Program-made: the position numbers and the translations under genes | Source of the DNA: a virus | Taxonomy: Duplodnaviria; Caudoviricetes | DNA: 64,000 bases | IMG/VR virus record: IMGVR_UViG_3300017764_000001 | Reading direction: 5' to 3' (one strand) | The notes under the pieces: model-generated | Told to the model about the DNA's origin: nothing | What the model saw: only the letters and a program-made list of their open reading frames with translations | The model's database searches: none | Shown: positions 46,037 through 59,200 of the stretch, in pieces | Position numbering within the stretch: the first letter of the stretch is position 1 | How the letters are laid out: every line of letters starts with the position of its first letter

Positions 46037-46795
46037 ATGGCTAAAGGATTTACTGTAAAGGCAAAGACACCGAAACCATCAGAGTCCGGACCCGAATGGG
46101 ACTTTGATAAGGCAAAAGAAATGGTCAGAGGAAAGACAATTGTTTTTTGTCTTCCAGGTAGGGGAGTTTCGTATACATATCTGAAAAATTTCGTACAACT
46201 TTGTTTTGATCTAGTACAGGCAGGAGCAAGCATTCAGATCTCGCAGGACTATTCATCAATGGTGAATTTTGCTCGTTGCAAGTGTCTGGGTGCGAATGTA
46301 CTGCGAGGACCGGATCAGATTCCCTGGGACGGCAAGTTGGAGTATGATTATCAGTTATGGATTGATAGTGATATTGTATTCAATACTGAGAAGTTCTGGC
46401 AACTGATTCTGATGGACAAAGACATTGCCGGAGGATGGTACTGTACAGAGGACGGTCGCACCACATCAGTCGCTCATTGGTTGGAGGAGGATGACTTCCG
46501 AAACAATGGAGGTGTGATGAACCACGAAACTCTGGAAAGTATTTCTAAACGTAAGAAACCATTCACCGTGGACTATACAGGTTTCGGATGGTTACTTATC
46601 AAGAACGGAGTCTTTGAGAACGAAGGCATCAAGTATCCATGGTTTGCCCCGAAGATGCAAGTCTTTGAATCAGGAGAAGTGCAGGACATGTGTGGAGAGG
46701 ATGTCTCTTTCTGTCTCGATGCAATTGAGAGTGGTTTTGAGATTTGGTGTGATCCTCGGATTCGTGTCGGACATGAAAAAACCCGTGTCATCTGA
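46037..46795 (+). CDS. Glycosyltransferase (GT-A)-like protein
   Basis: IVFCLPG, VNFARCKCL, YDYQLWIDSDIVF (DxD), VDYTGFGWLLI, GEDVSFC, DPRIRVGHEK. Confidence 0.7.
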   Translation: MAKGFTVKAKTPKPSESGPEWDFDKAKEMVRGKTIVFCLPGRGVSYTYLKNFVQLCFDLVQAGASIQISQDYSSMVNFARCKCLGANVLRGPDQIPWDGKLEYDYQLWIDSDIVFNTEKFWQLILMDKDIAGGWYCTEDGRTTSVAHWLEEDDFRNNGGVMNHETLESISKRKKPFTVDYTGFGWLLIKNGVFENEGIKYPWFAPKMQVFESGEVQDMCGEDVSFCLDAIESGFEIWCDPRIRVGHEKTRVI

Positions 46796-46982
46796 TCTTT
46801 ATACGATCCTTCGTAAGAATAAGAGATTATTCACAAATCTTACCGAGGACGAATATCTGGAGATCATGCAGGATCTGGCAATTGAATTTTACGAAACCGG
46901 ATCACCAAAACCGGAACACTTACAGACTATTATTACCAACGACCACGGAGGATCTAAATGGCTAAATCAAAAACAGGACTGA
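46785..46982 (+). CDS. Hypothetical protein
   Basis: Probable GTG start at 46785 within track ORF 46614. Confidence 0.55.
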   Translation: MSSDLYTILRKNKRLFTNLTEDEYLEIMQDLAIEFYETGSPKPEHLQTIITNDHGGSKWLNQKQD

Positions 46983-47104
46983 TCAAGGACTCATATTCAC
47001 TCGGAACCCCGAAGAAGACTCGTCAGGGTGCGGGCAAAGGGACTAAGTGTACCGCGACTTCTCGTAATAATGCAAAGAAGGCATATAGGGGTCAGGGACG
47101 GTAA
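46958..47104 (+). CDS. Small basic protein (48 aa)
   Basis: Manual: MAKSKTGLIKDSYSLGTPKKTRQGAGKGTKCTATSRNNAKKAYRGQGR. Confidence 0.6.
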   Translation: MAKSKTGLIKDSYSLGTPKKTRQGAGKGTKCTATSRNNAKKAYRGQGR

Positions 47105-47130
47105 TACATAGTGTAGATATGTAAATTACC

Positions 47131-47820
47131 ATGGCATGTTTGATAACTAATCTTCCGTCACAGGAAGTATGGGTTCGTAAAGAGTATCTGACAGATCATC
47201 AAAGTGGACATGGGGAGTTTGTAAAGGGCGTCTGGGTATCGGCAAAGTCGATTCCTGGACGTGCTTTTTATTTTGAGACATATTTACCAGAATATGCCGC
47301 AATGTATGATAAACTCCCCATCAGTGCCTTTCTGAGTGAACCAAAGACACCAGATCCGGACATGACCCTACATAATCTACAGTTCTGGAACTGTATGGAC
47401 TACGGTGTAGTGGCAGTACAGAAGCAGTTTATTGGTTCGATGCACTATGAGGTCTATACAAGGGATTACGGACCTCAGACGGGCACGTACATATGTACTC
47501 TGGACAACTATCATCAAGATCCAGACTCAATTGACTATGCGACGAGTGAAAATCCGTCCGAACACAAGTCACATAACCTGATTGAACTTGATAATGGACA
47601 GTTTTGTCTGTATCCGAACAACAGAACTCGTATCTATGACAACAGTTTGACACCAGAAGAACCGAAAGTACCCGATTTTAAGGTTTCGACGGTCTATTAT
47701 CAGGTCGAAAACGGTCATGACCGTGATGGATTAGGAAATGATGAGAATTATTTCTGGAAAACGGCAAAAGAACGTCAAAATAGTGAAGAAAATGTTGAAA
47801 ATGACGGTATAAATAAATAA
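47131..47820 (+). CDS. Conserved marine T4-like phage hypothetical protein
   Basis: NLPSQEVWVRKEYLTD, AMYDKLPISAF, LQFWNCMDY, EHKSHNLIELDNGQFCLYPNNR. Confidence 0.75.
   Translation: MACLITNLPSQEVWVRKEYLTDHQSGHGEFVKGVWVSAKSIPGRAFYFETYLPEYAAMYDKLPISAFLSEPKTPDPDMTLHNLQFWNCMDYGVVAVQKQFIGSMHYEVYTRDYGPQTGTYICTLDNYHQDPDSIDYATSENPSEHKSHNLIELDNGQFCLYPNNRTRIYDNSLTPEEPKVPDFKVSTVYYQVENGHDRDGLGNDENYFWKTAKERQNSEENVENDGINK
47808..47815 (+). promoter_or_regulatory. T4-type late promoter
   Basis: TATAAATA upstream of gp25. Confidence 0.7.
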
Positions 47821-47832
47821 AAACTCTGTCTG

Positions 47833-48234
47833 ATGGCGGTAACACGGATATCTAGAGTATTCAAGGACATTAGTTTGTCCTTTGAACCTCATCCAATCAC
47901 TAATGATCTACCAATTTTAAAGAATGAATCGGCAATTCGTCGTTCTGTAAGGAATGTCGTACAGACAATACCTACTGAAAAGTTTTTTAATAGTGTATTT
48001 GGGTCTGATGTCTATAAAAGTCTGTTTGATTTTGTAGATTTTGGTACTGCTGCGATCATTAAAGACCAAATTATCACTGCAATTAAAAATTTTGAACCTA
48101 GAGTAGAGAATGTCAGGGTCATAGTGGACCCATCACCAGATGAAAACTCATTTGAGGTTACAATATTTTTTGATATCATAGGACAAGAGTTCCCAACACA
48201 AGAATATTCATTCATATTAGAGGCAACGAGATAA
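47833..48234 (+). CDS. gp25: Baseplate wedge subunit
   Basis: FKDISLSFEPHPITNDL..AIRRSVRN..EKFFN..I..AIKNFEPRV. Confidence 0.9.
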   Translation: MAVTRISRVFKDISLSFEPHPITNDLPILKNESAIRRSVRNVVQTIPTEKFFNSVFGSDVYKSLFDFVDFGTAAIIKDQIITAIKNFEPRVENVRVIVDPSPDENSFEVTIFFDIIGQEFPTQEYSFILEATR

Positions 48235-48238
48235 TAAA

Positions 48239-50206
48239 ATGCCTTTTACTAAGTTTACAAACCTAGATTTCGATCAAATCAAGACATCCATTAAGGATTA
48301 TCTTCGTGCAAACTCCGATTTTACAGATTTTGACTTTGAGGGGTCTAATTTTTCGGCACTGATCGATACACTAGCATATAATACTTACATTACTGCATTC
48401 AATTCTAATATGATTGTGAACGAATCCTTCTTGGATTCGGCAACAGTTAGACAGAATGTAGTTTCTCTTGCCGGAAATATTGGTTATGTTCCAAGATCAA
48501 AGACTGCATCAAAAACAACCGTCTCTCTTAGGACAGTTTTAACTACTGATGAAAATGATACGAATATTGAGACTGTCACATTGAATAGTGGTGTTTTTTC
48601 AACCGGAAGTTCAAATGATACATCTTTCGTTTTTTCCACAATAGAGGACATAGAGGGAAAAATAGAAAAAGAAAGTGGTGTTGGTAGAGTTGCATATTTT
48701 GATAATATTACCATCTATCAGGGAACATTATTAAGAAAGAACTTTATATATGATGGATCTTTAGATCAAAAATTTATTTTAAATAACTCAGATATAGATA
48801 CGACTAGTGTATCGGTTTATATTAGTGATTCTGAAACTGAAAAAGGATTTAAATATGTTCCTGTAGAAAATATCCTGAATGTAACAAAAGATTCAAGAAT
48901 ATATTTTATAAGAGAAATACAAGATGAAAAATATGAAATAAGATTTGGTGATGGTATATTTGGAAAGAAACTCGGTGATGAAGGTGGTACTGACGGCAAA
49001 TATATTACCGTAGAATATTTAATTACTGACGGTAAGGTTGGTAATGGAGTTAATAAATTTACTTATGCAGGATCACTTAAAAATCAAAATGGTGCAATAT
49101 TAACACCAACAGAGGTTGATGCAATAAAAGGTGAAAAGGTCAGTGATGAAGTATATAATGAAATTGTAAAATCTCAAAATGGTAATGATATTGAAGGAAT
49201 TGATTCGGTTCGTTATTTTGCTCCAATTACGTATTCTGCACAAAATCGTGCCGTTACCCCAAGAGATTATGAGGCAATTATTAAAAGAATATATCCAGAC
49301 GCAGAGTCGATGTCTATTGTTGGAGGAGAAGAATTAGATCCTCCAGAATTTGGAAATGTAATTATTAGTATTAAACCAAAAGGTGGTACATTTGTTAGTG
49401 ACTTTAATAAAAAACAAATACTATCTAAACTTAGACAGTATTCTGTTTCTGGTATCAATCAAAGGATAATTGATCTTAAGATACTTTATGTCGAACTAGA
49501 TTCAAGTGTTTATTTTAATGAATCTTATACTTCAACAGTGTCGGCATTACAATCTCAAGTATTGAATAAACTTACTGAATATTCCAAATCAACAAACTTT
49601 AATAAATTTGGGGGTAGATTTAAATATAGTAAATTGCAAAATATAATTGATGAAACTGATAGAAATGCAATTACATCAAATATTACTAAAATAAAAATTA
49701 GAAGAAATTTAAAAGCTTCAATTAATCAGGTTGCACAATATGAATTGTGTTTTGGAAATGAATTTCATGTAAGAAAAGAAGGTCGTAATATAAAATCTAC
49801 AGGATTTAATGTTTTTGGAGAATCATCGACCGTTTATTTTACAGATGTTCCAAATGAAGATGAAAAAACAGGAATACTTCAAATTGTGAAATTAGTTGGT
49901 AATGATCAGAAAAGAATTGTAAAGTCTTCTGCCGGTACAATTGATTATATTAAAGGTGAAATAATAGTTGATACTGTAAATATTACTTCTACCATAAAAC
50001 CAGACAATATTATTGAAATTGAATCTGTTCCTGAATCTAATGATGTTGTTGGACTGAAAGATTTATATCTATCTCTTGATGTTTCAAAAAGTAGAATAAA
50101 TATGTTAAGAGATTTAATTTCTTCTGGGGATGAAATATCTGGAGTGAAATTTATCGAAGATTCATTCACCTCAAGTTATTCAAACGGAAGCATAATAAGA
50201 AACTAA
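48239..50206 (+). CDS. gp6: Baseplate wedge subunit
   Basis: LDFDQIKTSIKDYLRANSDFTDFDFEGSNFSALIDTLAYNTY..ESFLDSA; AQNRAVT..DYEAII. Confidence 0.92.
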   Translation: MPFTKFTNLDFDQIKTSIKDYLRANSDFTDFDFEGSNFSALIDTLAYNTYITAFNSNMIVNESFLDSATVRQNVVSLAGNIGYVPRSKTASKTTVSLRTVLTTDENDTNIETVTLNSGVFSTGSSNDTSFVFSTIEDIEGKIEKESGVGRVAYFDNITIYQGTLLRKNFIYDGSLDQKFILNNSDIDTTSVSVYISDSETEKGFKYVPVENILNVTKDSRIYFIREIQDEKYEIRFGDGIFGKKLGDEGGTDGKYITVEYLITDGKVGNGVNKFTYAGSLKNQNGAILTPTEVDAIKGEKVSDEVYNEIVKSQNGNDIEGIDSVRYFAPITYSAQNRAVTPRDYEAIIKRIYPDAESMSIVGGEELDPPEFGNVIISIKPKGGTFVSDFNKKQILSKLRQYSVSGINQRIIDLKILYVELDSSVYFNESYTSTVSALQSQVLNKLTEYSKSTNFNKFGGRFKYSKLQNIIDETDRNAITSNITKIKIRRNLKASINQVAQYELCFGNEFHVRKEGRNIKSTGFNVFGESSTVYFTDVPNEDEKTGILQIVKLVGNDQKRIVKSSAGTIDYIKGEIIVDTVNITSTIKPDNIIEIESVPESNDVVGLKDLYLSLDVSKSRINMLRDLISSGDEISGVKFIEDSFTSSYSNGSIIRN

Positions 50207-50207
50207 T

Positions 50208-53200
50208 ATGATACAGACAGGATTTGAAACACGGATAAAGATACAAAACATTGTATCAAGTCAACTCCCTAATTTTATATTAGATGAAAGTCCTAAAACA
50301 GTAGACTTTCTGAAACAATATTATATTTCACAAGAGTATCAAAGTGGACCTATTGATTTATCGACTAATCTAGATCAATATCTGGATTTAGATAATCTTA
50401 TTCCTGAAGTTGTAGTTGATAGTACAACTATCACTGGAGATGTAACATCTAGTGATTCTATAATAAATGTATCCAACACTAAAGGATTTCCTCAAGAATA
50501 TGGATTATTAAAAATTGGTAATGAAATTATTTCATATACAGGAATAACAACAAATTCTTTTACTGGTTGTATTCGTGGATTTAGTGGAATTAGTTCATAT
50601 AGAACAGATTCTGATAATGAAGAAATAGTTTTTACAAAAGCATCTGCAGAATCTCATAGTTCAAATTCCTCTGTTCAAAATTTAAGTAGTTTATTTTTAA
50701 AAGAGTTTTATAAAAAATTCAAAACAACTTTTGCTCCAGGATTAGAAAATAATAATTTTGTATCAACACTGAATGTTGGTAATTTTCTCAAAGAAATAAA
50801 ATCCTTCTATCAGAGTAAAGGAACGGATGAATCATTTAGAATTTTATTTGAAATTTTATACGGAGATTCACCAACAGTAATAAATTTAGAAGAAAATTTA
50901 ATTAAACCATCTTTTGCAGAATATAGAAGAAGAGAAGTTGCCATAGCAAAGGTTATCTCAGGAGAAGCATCTTTTCTTAAAGGACAGGGGTTATTTAAAG
51001 AAAATTCAAATATAGTAGCATCGATTTCAGATATATCTCCATTTTCAATTGATAATGAAATTTTTTATAAGTTATTTCTTTTTGTTGGATATGATGAGGA
51101 TTCTGATATCCAAGGAAGATTTTTATCGACTCCAAATTCAAAATGTACAGAAGATGTTCAGACTAATGCATCAATTATAAATGTCGATTCTACAATTGGA
51201 TTTGGAGCTACAGGATCTTTAAGATCAGGATCTAATGTCATTTCATATACTGATAAGACTGTAAATCAATTTTTAAACTGTGAAGGAGTTACAACTTCCA
51301 TATCTCAAGGAGATTTGGTTCATGATAAGCAAATTTATTATGGATATGAAAATGGGGATATTAATAAAAAAGTAGAATTGATATTTTTTACTACTTTAAG
51401 TAATTTTATTCCAGATGGGAATGTAAATATCAATGAAAATGATCCCATTGGAATAAAAAATCTCGGTGATAAAGTAATTAATCCTTTACAGAATAAATCT
51501 CCAAAACAAATATTAGCAAATTCTTGGATTTATAATACCAATTCTTCTTATTTTATTAGTAATTATGATACCGGCACTCTTGAACTTTTTTCAAAAATTG
51601 ATAAGTCTAGTTTAAAATTAGGTGATTTTGTTGAAATTGTTGAAAGAGATACTGGAAAGGTAATATTTCCTGATGATAGTAATAATCCTTTTGTAGCACT
51701 TAATGGACAAGAAATTCAAGAAAAGAAAAGTGTAACTTTAGATGGTGGTTTTAATCAAGATAAATTGGGTATTACCACTGACTTTAATTTAAGAAAAATA
51801 TTAAATAAAGCTAACATTGGATCTCAAAGTAATGTATCATTTAAATATGGAAACAAAAGTTTAATATCAGATATTCAAAATGTTTATTTTGATGATGAAT
51901 ATGCTTATGTTGCATCAAACTCATTACCATCAGCTAAAACAAGAAAAGGAACGACAGGATTTCCTTTTTCGGAAGATATTGATATAAAAATTAAAAAATT
52001 AGTAATAGATCTTGATAATCAAATTGGTGGAATTTTAACTTCATTCAATGAATTAACTCAAGAGTTTAGTGCCATAGAGATAAGAGATAATCTTGGTAAA
52101 TCTGTATTTAAAACTGGTGACAAGATTTTTTATCAACCACAGGGAGATGTTTTAGTTGGATTAGAAACCGGAAACTATTTTGTTGAAGTAATTGATGGTG
52201 CTGGTTTTAATGATCAAATAAAATTATATGGATCTAATTATCTTATTGGAACTGAAAATCATTTGACTTTATCTGGTGCAGGAACACATACAATTACATT
52301 AGAGTCTCAAAAGTCTGGAATAATTGGACCACAAAAATTACTTAAAAAGTTTCCAATTAAACAACAGTTAGTAGATGGAAATAAAGAAGAAACTATTCCT
52401 GGTGGAATAGGTTTATTGATAAATGGGGTTGAAATAACAAACTATAAATCTGTAGATAAAGTATATTATGGACCTTTAAAGAAAATTAATGTCTTGAATG
52501 GTGGAGAAAATTTTGATGTTATTAATCCACCAAAAATTGTCATTGAATCTGGATTAGGAAACACTGCTCTTGCTCAACCGGTTGTTTCTGGATCTATAGA
52601 GGAAGTTCTTATAGATTTTGATACTTATAATTTTAATATTGATAAAGTTATATCGATAAGTGTAACAGGAGGAAATGGATCTGGGTGTGTTCTTGAACCA
52701 TCTATTTTAAATACTTTTAGGGAAGTTGAATTTGATGCTAGGATAGCAGATGTTGGAGGAGGAATCAATACTATTACAAATCAAATTATATTTGATGTAG
52801 AACATGGTTTTATTAGTGGACAAGAAGTTATCTATGATTCTAATTTAGGCGTTCAAGTTGGAATTCAAACTATAGGTAGTGGTGGTAAATCTAATTTGGT
52901 AAATAAATCAACATATGTTGTAGATGTAACCAATAATGTCTCTATAAGATTGCATGAAAATTTTGATGATTATAGTGCTGGTATTAATACAGTTAGTTTT
53001 ACCGGAGCAACAGGATCTGGAATTCAAAAAATAAAGATAGGTCCATTGAATGTACTAAAAGATATTGTTGTAATTAATCCTGGTGAAAGATATACTAATA
53101 AAAAATTAATTGTCACATCATCGGGAATATCTACAGAGTATGATTGGATTCAATTTGAAAATCATGGATTTAATAATGGTGACTTAATAGATTATTCTAT

Positions 53201-56200
53201 TGCATCTGGTGATGGAACATCATCTCCACAGGTTATATCCGGATTATCAACTAATAAAAAATATCAAGTACTTAAAATTGATAACAATAAATTTAGACTA
53301 TGTGATGCTGGTATTGGTGGAACTATAACTGATAATTTTATCAGAAAAAATTATGTTAAAATAAATGAATCTTCTGGAACCGGATATCAGCAATTTAGTT
53401 ATCCTCCAATCAATGTAGATTTTAGATTTTCTACTGTTGGATTGGGTACAACTAGCGAACAATCTATAACACTTACTCCAATAGTGAAAGGATCTATAAC
53501 TTCTGTAGATTTATATGATAAAGGAGCAGGATATGGATCTTCTATCATAAATTATGAAGATAAACCAACAATTTCTATTCAAAACGGAAAAGATGCAAGA
53601 GTTCTTCCCATTATATCAAATGGAAGAATAGATTTTATCAATGTTGAATATGGTGGAGAAGATTATTATTCAGTTCCAGATGTTGTTATTACAGATTCTT
53701 CTAAATCTGGTTCTGGATGTGTTTTGAGAGCCATAATAAAAAATAATAAATTAGATTCTGTTAAAGTTATCAAATCTGGGATTGGTTATTCTTCTGCGGA
53801 TACTTCTATTTCCATAGTATCCTCTGGAATTAATCAGGTTTTAGATTCTGAAATAAGAGATTTAACAATTATAACCAACGAAATTTTTGAATCAAACAAA
53901 CTTTTGATTGATAATGATGATAATGAGTTAAAATATTCTGTATGTGGATATGATGTAGATCTATTCTCAGATAGTAACGATTCTATATCAGGAATTATTG
54001 GATGGGCATATGATGGAAATCCCATATATGGTCCATATGGATCAAAAGATCCTAATGAATTTACTACTCCTAGCACATTAGTTTCTGGATACACAAAGAG
54101 TGCAGCATCTGTTATTGATAGACCTTCAACAGATGATTTTGCAGAAGGATTTTTTGTAGAGGATTATCAATATGATGGAACAAATGCAGATTTAGATGAA
54201 CATAATGGTAGATATGAAAAAAATAAAGATTTTCCAAACGGTGTCTATGCATATCATGCAGTAGTTGATATAAAATCAAAAGGTAATGCACCATTGTTTC
54301 CATTCTTTATTGGTAACTCATTTAGATCCAAAAAAATAGCAGAAAACTTCCAGTTTGATTTTGATCAATCATATGATTTTAATAATTCAACTTTACAGAG
54401 AAATACTTTACCATATAACACGAATGAACCTTTTGCAGATAATTTTTTCATAAAAATTAAAAAAAATCAAAAAATAAACGTAGATAAAACAACATCTGGA
54501 AATATAAACAACATATCCATAGTTAATGGTGGAGAAAATTTTAAAATAAATGACATTATTAAATTTGATAATAGGGAAACTAATGGAAGTGGTTTAAATG
54601 TAAAGGTTTCTTCTTTGAAAGGAAAAGAGATAACAAAAATAGATACGGTAGGCATAACTAACAATGCTGTTTTAACATGGGGAGGAAGTAAGATAAAAGT
54701 TACGATTGACACTGAACATGATTTTAAGAATGGTGATTATATATCGTTATCGGGAATATCTACAGATTCTTTAAAAAGATTAGAAAAATATCATAGAATA
54801 ACAGTTCAAGATAATTCTACATCTAGAACAATATCCTCAATTTCTGCGGGGGCAGCATCAACTGAAATATTTGTATCATTCATTCCAAATTATGTTTCTA
54901 CAGGGTCTACAATTGGTATTGGAGATGAGCAATTAACAGTATTAAATGTATTTGAAAATTTAAACGTTTTAAGAGTATTAAGAGGATCTCCGGGAGTATC
55001 TCATACCGAATCCTCTTTAGTGAACTATAATACAAAATTATTTACAGTTGATGGAGAGTTCCCTTTCTTTGATTCAAAAAATAATAATCAAGTGCGTTTC
55101 AATGCCGCAGAGTCTGTAGGATTAGGAACTACATCGGGAACGGGATTTTCTACATCATTTATATTTGGTTCATCTACGGTCTCTAGAGAAATCCCAACAA
55201 GAGGTATATACTTAGAAAATCATCCATTTAAAACAAATCAATTAATAAGATTAACAAATCCTACACTTAGAAAACTTATTGTTTATTCTTCTGGTCCTGA
55301 TGGTGTTTTATCAGATCTTATCAATGGAAATTATTATGCTGTAAATAAATCCAAAAATGTCATAGGAATTAAAACTGGTATAGGTAGTAGTGAAGTATAT
55401 TTCAGAGGATTTTCAGCATCTGGAGATACTGGAAATGATGATAGATATCTTTTTGAATCTATATTTGATCAAGTAACTTCCAATGTAAAATCTATTAAAA
55501 CAACCATTTCAGTATCTACATCTCATGATCTTAAAAAGAATGATATAGTCAAATTAAATATTGTTCCAAATCTTTCTGTTGGAATTGGAACAACAGCATC
55601 ATCTGTGGTTGTTAAGGTAGATAATATAACGAAACAAATTCTAATAAATCCTGTTGGGTTTAATTCTTCAAGTATTAACACTACAACAAATCAAATATCT
55701 TTAATAAATCATGAGTTCAAAACTGGAGATAAAGTAAGATATACAGCACCTGAGGTTGCATCTGGATTAGATACCGGAGGATATTTTATTTTAAAGGTTG
55801 ATGATGATAATATTAAACTTGGAAAAGTATATTCTGATGTAATATCAATTAATCCAAAAATTGTTAGTATAGGGGCAAGTGGAGGAGAACTTCATACATT
55901 ATCATTGATTAATCCTGAACTGAAAGTAACCAAAAATAATAATCTTTCTTTTAATCTATCAGATTCTTCATTAAGTGGATATGAATTTAAGATTTATCAT
56001 GATCAAGATTTTAAAAATGAATTTGTATCTACAGGAAATACAACATTATTTACTATTTTAAGCAGTGGAATAAATGGAACAGTAGGAGCATCTCTGACAG
56101 TTTATTCTGATAATAATTCTCCAACTTCTTTGACTTATAATATAGAAAAATCTGGATATATTAGTACTTCTGATAAAGAGGTTAAAAATTATTCTACTAT

Positions 56201-59200
56201 TATTTTTGAAAATAGTAAATATAATAAAGAATTTAAAGTTTCTTCCGGAGTTGGAGTAACTACTTTTAATTTATATCTAGAAGATGATCCAGAAAGATTT
56301 TCATATCTTCCTTCAGAATGTGAAATACTTGAATATTCCACTACATCTAAAAATGCAAAAGGGGGTATAGATTCTTTAAATATTATATCCTCAGGAAGTG
56401 GTTATAAAAAACTTCCATCTGTTGTTGGATCTTCATCGACAATAGCAGAAAATGAACTAATTACTATCTCTTCTAATAAAGTTGGAAATATCAGAGATAT
56501 TGATATTATCAATGATGAATTTAAATATTACACTGACAATACATTAAGACCAACAGCTTCACTTCCAAGTATTTTGGAAGTGAAGAATGGAAATACTATT
56601 AATTCTATTTTAGTAGAAGATCCTGGTGAGGGCTACTTTAGTGCTCCTAGTTTAGTATTAGTTGATAAAGTCACGGGAGAAAAACTTAATACTGGTTTCT
56701 TAGAAGCTAATTTTGATGGAGCCATATCAAGTGTATCTATCTTAGAGGAACCAAAGGGACTTCCAGATAATGGTGTTGTTGTAAAATCAATATTTAATAC
56801 AAATGGATTTACAATTGATACAATTGATTCTACTGTTGGAACTGGTATCACATGTACTTTAGTTACACCAATTTCTGGATTTAGTACGGCACCATTTAAA
56901 GTTGGTGATGAAATATATGTTGAGGGAATATTAAAAAGTAGCAATGATGGAACAGGACATAATTCTGAAGATTATGGATATAGATTCTTTAAAATAAAAT
57001 CTATACCGGATCCTTTAGCTAATCCAAATCCAAATCCATTTAAGGTTGAATTTGATGTAGTTGGATTGACAACCAATACAGGAATAGCAGTTACTATATC
57101 GAATGGATTTGGTAGAATAATACCTAAAAGTAAATATCCATCTTTTGAAGTAGTTTTAAACTCATCTCCATTCGTACCTGGAGAGAAAGTTAATGTTAAT
57201 GGGACACAAAAAAATATAGAAGTTGTTAGATCAACTGAAGGTGAACTTGTTCTGTTTGGTTCTGATAGTGAAATATTAAAAATAGGTGATAAAATTACAG
57301 GAAGAGGATCCTTAACTTCTGCAGAAATTAATAAGATAAATGAAAATAATGGAACTTTTGATGTAGATTTTTCATATAAAACTAATATAGGATGGGAGGA
57401 CTCAGTAGGGAAATTAAGTGTTGATCATCAGGTTATTCCAGATAATGATTATTACCAAAATTTATCATATTCTGTACGAAGTAATCAAACTTGGAAAGAA
57501 ATAAAATCACCCGTTGGCAGACTTGTTCATACTTCAGGATTGAAAAATTTCTCCGATACTCAAATTATATCGGATGCAAAAACTAGTGTTGGTTCTTCAG
57601 AACAATCAATTTCAATTAGTGACACTATTGATGAATCTAGAGTTGATATTCTTAGAGGGATAGATCTTGCTAGAGATGATGAATCTAATGGAGAAGTTTC
57701 AAATTTCTTACAATTCAACAAAACTAGATTTGTTAACTTTGTTGACTGCAAAACAAATAATGTTCTTCCTATTGATAACATAAATCAACAATTTTCTAAT
57801 TTAGAATCTGATCCCGATAGATTTTTGAATCTTGATATTCTCGACACATCAGTAAGATATGATAATTATCTAATTAGAATTGAAAGTTTTGCACATGATG
57901 AAAAGCAATTGCAACTTTCGGAGTTTGTACTGTTATCTAATGGAATAGATCAAACTTTGTTTAGTAAATCAGAATTAACTAACTCTGGAATAGCTTTTAC
58001 TACTTTTGCTGAAGATAAATTTGGAGAATATGTAATAGAGACAAATACTGAAGAGGATCTTTCTTATCTTAGGTTTGTACCAAATGATCCAAATAATATT
58101 GACTATGATTTAAAATTTATTAAAACAAGTACCATTAGTGGCACTGGTATAGGAACACAAAGTTTTGGATTTATTGATTTAGTATCATCAAATAAAACTG
58201 CCAATACAGGAATAACAACAACGATATTTTCAAAAAATATAGATGAAATAGAATCTGCATATATTGTCACCAAGGTTATCAACTCCTCTACAAAAGAAAT
58301 GAATTTTGTGGAAACATATGTGACTCATGATGGAACTGATACTTATATTTCTGAATATTTTGTTGATGCTGGAGGTGAAACTCTTAATAATAGAATAGGT
58401 CTCTCAACTGCTTCTATTAGTAATAATCAATTAGTATTTTTATATGAAAATGATACTAGTGATACTATACAAATTAGATCTAAGATAGTTGGATTTGGTA
58501 CAACTAGTTCTGGAAATGGTGAATATAGATATTTGGTTGATGGTCAAACTGCTGAAACTGAGAGAACAGCAAAATATGAGGCATCTTTTAAAGTTGGTGT
58601 TGGAACAACTGCAATATTCTCAGGTTATCCTTTAACTTTTGATGCTGTTAAATGTAATGTTGAAGTAAGTAGTGCAGGAACTTCAAAGGCACTTCATCAA
58701 ATAACTGCTATACATGATGGAACCAATGCATATTTACAGCAATCTCAATTCCTTGCAAATAATTATGATTCCACATTGGGATTAGGAACATTTAGTGCAA
58801 CATATAGTGCAAGTAACTTTATTGTTAATTTCCATCCTGAAGATACTACAGGTATTACAACCGTTAAAACTTTCAATCAAGTTTTTTACAAAAATATAGA
58901 TGAAAATAATGATCCAAATGATTTAATTTATGGAAATATAATTGAAAGTGCGGAATTTAAATTCTATAATGCGATTAATGGAAACAGAATAAACAGAAAA
59001 CAGTTTGACTTAAAAAATAATAATATTGATATATTTAAAAAGACTTTTAATCCTTCAGTTGCAATTACTTCGTCCATAGTAGATGTTGGAATTGCATATA
59101 GTGCATTTAACATCAAGAATCATTTCTTTAGAACTGGTGAGGAATTAATTTATACTCCCAAATCTACATTTGTTGGAGTTGGATCAACACCAATGCAGTA

